From an uncultured Nitrososphaeraceae archaeon (GTDB lineage Archaea > Thermoproteota > Nitrososphaeria > Nitrososphaerales > Nitrososphaeraceae), in contig CAVSMN010000004.1 in NCBI GenBank assembly GCA_963729045.1, positions 1-24,600 on the forward strand: a DNA stretch of 24,600 bases. Reading direction: 5' to 3'. Both the position numbers and the translations under genes were made by a program. Position 1 is the first letter of the stretch. Each line of letters starts with the position of its first letter. This document shows, piece by piece, positions 20,854 to 24,600 of this stretch. Below the pieces are notes generated by a model, which worked only from the letters and a program-made list of their open reading frames with translations, did no database searches and was not told the origin of the DNA.

Positions 20854-21525
20854 TCCTGTTAGAATTCATATTCATCTGAAAATTATTTACAGGATAACAG
20901 CTATAAAATTTCTAAATATTATCATATGCTATTATTCTGTCTAAAATAAGAATATGGTATAAATACTATTTTAGGTATACTAAATCTACATAAACTTTGA
21001 TACGGATAAGATTTTCGTAGGAATGGGATGTAATAGATGGAATGCAATGTGTTCTGCTACCTGCTACCATCGCATCCCGTTTCTATGTTCGAGGTTCTAA
21101 ATATTTTATCAGCCTGTGGCTTGCAAATTTAAATACAAGTATATCAAAACTAATCATTTTCTATCATATGTATGCCTATTTTTCTTTTCATGGTCTAAAG
21201 TTCAAAAAAAGAATTTGGATGTTGCAAAGATAAAAGAGATGAATTTAGTAATTTTTATAGTTATTTCTGCCACTTCAATTTTATGACTTTTTTTGAATAT
21301 TTAAATATTTATTGAGGGATCACAATTCATAGTTACTTTCCTTGAGATTGATTGATAAGATAACGATAACGATAATTCCTTTGCTATGTAAAAGTAAGCC
21401 AATTTGTTAGATCGATATCAAGAGATATTAAAATAACGCATTTAAAAACTACCGTATATGACCTTGTCAGGTACAACTCAAACATCTTGCTCAACTTTCG
21501 ATAAAATGTTAGAAAATTGTTTTTT

Positions 21526-22052
21526 TTATATTTTGTTACCATAAAAATATATCTTTATGTAGGTTAATCCACCAGATATAACACCCACACTCAAGATTCC
21601 AATTGAAATTGCTATAGGCGTAATAAAAGAATTCATTATTTCGATATTCTGTTAACCGAACTCTTTTTCTGAGATGACAAAATTCCAGAACCAGCCAGTC
21701 CTGCAAAAATCATGAGGATGGTTGCTAAGAGACCTCTCAATATTCATTCCCAATAGGTGTATCCAAGCTAAAATATTCACAAAACCTGAGATCTTTTTTG
21801 CAAGATTGATCTCCAATTGAATATAAAACACCGCGGTAACTGCGATGGCAACGATAAATATTAGATAAAATATTATCCCAAGAAAGGACCATTTAGCAGG
21901 GCCATCAAAAGATAATGATAGAAATTGGATCATGTCTATTTTACTAGAATTGGTGAATTGAGATCCCACCATCAAAAGGGCCATTGAAGTAAGTAGACCG
22001 CCCGGATAATGGCTGAGAGAATAAAACGATTGCCCCATTTTGCTCTACTCAC
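21526..22052 (-). pseudogene. Multi-pass membrane protein of unknown function, broken by several indels
   Basis: Hydrophobic segments in different frames: VSRAKWGNRFILSAII (from GTG 22052), GPAKWSFLGIIFYLIFIVAIAVTAVFY...LAWIHLLGMNI, ATILMIFAGLAGSG and FITPIAISIGILSVGVISGGLTYIK...KI*. Confidence 0.6.
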
Positions 22053-22642
22053 ATCATTAATCATGTTACATTACAGCATCTCTCACTTAATATGGGTTGA
22101 TAGGAAATTCAACGAAAAATCGGATTGAAAGGAACATGATTTAAGCAAAAACACAAATTCAAGACCTTACAGCATGGTAATTGAAATTCATGCAAAAGAC
22201 TTCCATTTGTTATGAACGTACCTATCCTTACGCAAAAAGCAACTGGTCATTTTATTCTTATGTAAGTTCCTATGCACCATTCATTTACATTGGGGTGGTA
22301 TCTCAATGGATATTCACATGCGTGTATTACGTTTCAATCCTATAGATTTTTTCTCAATTAAAGGAGACCACACAACTAGATATGAGCATCAGATTTCATG
22401 ATCAAATACTGTAAAAAATAGATTTTCCCACAAAATCATGACTAATTGGAAATATTAAGAACTCTAACTAAGGAATTGGTTTAGGATGAGATATTTTAAA
22501 GATGGGAGATCGCCGACCGGCTGATCTACATACTTATTCTCTAAATTAATTCTAAAATAAAATATTGTAATCAAATCCCGAGCAATTTTTAAAGGTGAAA
22601 TAATATTAATAATACAAGTACGATTGTATTAGAGATTATTTA

Positions 22643-23623
22643 ATGCATGTCAATGTGAGGAATTTGAGAGAAGATGACCTTGAAGAAGCAGACACCATAC
22701 TCAGGCTCTCATTTGGTACCTTTATGGGTCTAAATGATCCCATGTCCTTTTTTGGCGACGCAGATTACGTTAGATCAAGATATGCTACAGATCCAAACTC
22801 TGCATTTGCAATAGAAGTTGATGGGAACCTAGCCGGTTCAAATTTTGTTACTAACTGGGGTAGTGTTGGGTTCTTTGGTCCCCTATCAATCCATCCGAAC
22901 TATTGGAACAAAGGAATAGCTAAACATTTGATTATCCCTGTGTTACAACGCTTATCAAAATTGGAAATCCAATACGCCGGATTGTTTACGTTTGCTCAAA
23001 GTCCAAAACATATCTATTTGTATCAAAAATATGATTTTTGGCCAAGATTCCTCACATCTATAATGACTAAATTAATTACTGATGAAAATAACGAGAAAAG
23101 ATTGGAATTATTTCAGAATCATAAGTCGCAGCATGCAGTAAGATACTCTGAAATACAAAATGACGTAAAGTCATTAATTTTAGACGACTGCAAATATCTT
23201 ACCAACGGTATTTTTCCAGGACTAGATTTGCAAAAAGAAATAATTGCTGTAGACTGTCAAAAGTTAGGTGACACAATATTGCTTTATGATCCTACTGGAA
23301 GCAAGCTAATTGGAATTGCAATATGTCACTACGGCAAGGGTACGGAGGCAGGCAGCAATGTTTGTTATATCAAGTTTGCGGCTATATCAACAAATAGTAA
23401 CTCGCACTCAAATTTTGTTCGAATGTTGAATGCTGTAGAATTAATGGCATTAGAAAAAGGCATATTTAAAATTACTGCTGGTAGTAACATGGAACGACAC
23501 TTGGCATACAAAGCAATGATCAACTATGGTTTCAAATCAGAGTTCCAAGGAGTATCCATGCACAAAGGAAACAAACAAGGATACAACATTCCTTCCGCTT
23601 ATATAATTGATGATTGGCGTTAA
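22643..23623 (+). CDS. GNAT family N-acetyltransferase (tandem GNAT-like)
   Basis: N-terminal VRNLREDDLEEA, acetyl-CoA motif GPLSIHPNYWNKGIAKHL, and LYQKYDF. A second degenerate domain ends AYKAMINYGFK. Confidence 0.88.
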   Translation: MHVNVRNLREDDLEEADTILRLSFGTFMGLNDPMSFFGDADYVRSRYATDPNSAFAIEVDGNLAGSNFVTNWGSVGFFGPLSIHPNYWNKGIAKHLIIPVLQRLSKLEIQYAGLFTFAQSPKHIYLYQKYDFWPRFLTSIMTKLITDENNEKRLELFQNHKSQHAVRYSEIQNDVKSLILDDCKYLTNGIFPGLDLQKEIIAVDCQKLGDTILLYDPTGSKLIGIAICHYGKGTEAGSNVCYIKFAAISTNSNSHSNFVRMLNAVELMALEKGIFKITAGSNMERHLAYKAMINYGFKSEFQGVSMHKGNKQGYNIPSAYIIDDWR

Positions 23624-24161
23624 GGGGTCGATACAAGCCTAGGATGTGAATGATGTATAAACATTTAGATTTCAATATAGCACATCCATATCATCATTTC
23701 ATCCATCTGACTGACTTAGATTTTTCTTTCAGTTTCATAAAGGGACAAAGATCGAGACCTAATCCTTTACCTTTAGGTAATTGTCTCAACCCTCGTTGTA
23801 TTATGACGGGTTAGTATTTGGCCTTGAATAATTCCAATCAATGATGACCATCTGGAAACGATCACCTTAATTTATCAATTATGATAATCAACCTGTTTAT
23901 TACGAATCTACGCTGATAAAAAACGTAGATATAGTGCCATAATATTAAGGAAAAAATGGTCAAGTGTAAGCCCTTAAATTACGAAATTCTTTATCTATAA
24001 ATAGTCTCTATTCCTATATATTTTAGAACACTTATTGCGTCTTTCATTCAAAAGAGTATATATTTGCATAGAGTCCTGTAAGTATCACACAATCTTCTAT
24101 TTCAATGGAATTTATCAATGGTAGGTAAAACTTACATATCTCCAAGTAACACATCATAGAA

Positions 24162-24600
24162 TTGAATAAATCTATTGTACATGTTGTTCCTCACAGTCAT
24201 TATGATGCTATTTGGATTTTCAGCAAGGAAGAAAATTTTGATATTAATTGTAACTTTATTATAAAAAAGGCTATTGAAATTTTAAAAAACGAAAAAGATT
24301 TCAAATTTATTATTGAACAGACTTATCTCTTAGAAAATATTGAGACAAGTTATCCAGAACTATTTTCAGAAATTAAACAGTTTATCAAAGATGGGCGAAT
24401 AGAAATTGCAGGAGGAGAATATCTTATGTCAGATGTAATGCTTCCATCAGGTGAAGTATTGATCAGAGAAATTCTAGAAGGTAAAAATTATGTAAAGGAG
24501 AAATTTGGGAAAAATATTTTAGTTGCCTGGGGTGCAGATGAATTCGGTTACAATGCACAATGGCCACAAATTCTAAAAGGAAGTGGTTATAAATACTTCG
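24162..24600 (+). CDS. Glycoside hydrolase family 38 (alpha-mannosidase), 5' part; runs off the window
   Basis: From TTG 24162: VHVVPHSHYDAIW (Zn-binding HxHxDxxW), FKFIIEQ, GRIEIAGG, SGEVLIRE, and AWGADEFGY carrying the nucleophile Asp. Confidence 0.92.
   Translation, partial: MNKSIVHVVPHSHYDAIWIFSKEENFDINCNFIIKKAIEILKNEKDFKFIIEQTYLLENIETSYPELFSEIKQFIKDGRIEIAGGEYLMSDVMLPSGEVLIREILEGKNYVKEKFGKNILVAWGADEFGYNAQWPQILKGSGYKYF

Noticed and set aside
21042..21233. 63-aa plus-strand ORF
   Set aside because: No motif; composition typical of random AT-rich frames.
21354..21375. gataa/gataac micro-tandem; also checked for CRISPR-like periodicity
   Set aside because: Only a few 5-6 bp units; no repeat-spacer array seen anywhere in the window.
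22507..22527. GC-rich near-palindrome agatcgccgaccggctgatct upstream of the GNAT gene
   Set aside because: Single short occurrence, not tRNA-like, and no further support for an operator.

Overview
AT-rich archaeal-type accessory region. The gene set (AEP primase with PriX-like tail, stand-alone Cache protein, Asp-box protein, PsbP-like protein, several Lrp/AsnC regulators, stand-alone receiver) suggests an ammonia-oxidising archaeon of the Nitrososphaerales; this is inference. The main structure is a large diverged inverted repeat: left arm 1..~3739 (may extend beyond the window) and right arm ~15822..18991, enclosing ~12 kb. Each arm carries an inward-pointing SF2 (XPB/Rad25/ResIII-like) helicase gene. 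The two copies are broken at different positions, and their consensus is one ~660-aa helicase with a C-terminal SWIM zinc finger. The enclosed cargo is a frameshifted M23 peptidase (missed by the ORF track), DUF1428, an AEP-PriX-like primase, a Cache protein, a small Zn ribbon, an alpha/beta hydrolase, an Asp-box protein, a PsbP-like gene, three Lrp/AsnC genes (two share a 112/113-bp identical HTH block) and an atypical receiver. Outside the right arm are a second AEP lacking the PriX-like tail, a broken membrane-protein gene, a GNAT and the start of a GH38 alpha-mannosidase. Single-base indels hit about nine genes, so many of the apparent pseudogenes may be sequencing or assembly errors. No rRNA, tRNA, CRISPR array, integrase or transposase was recognised.
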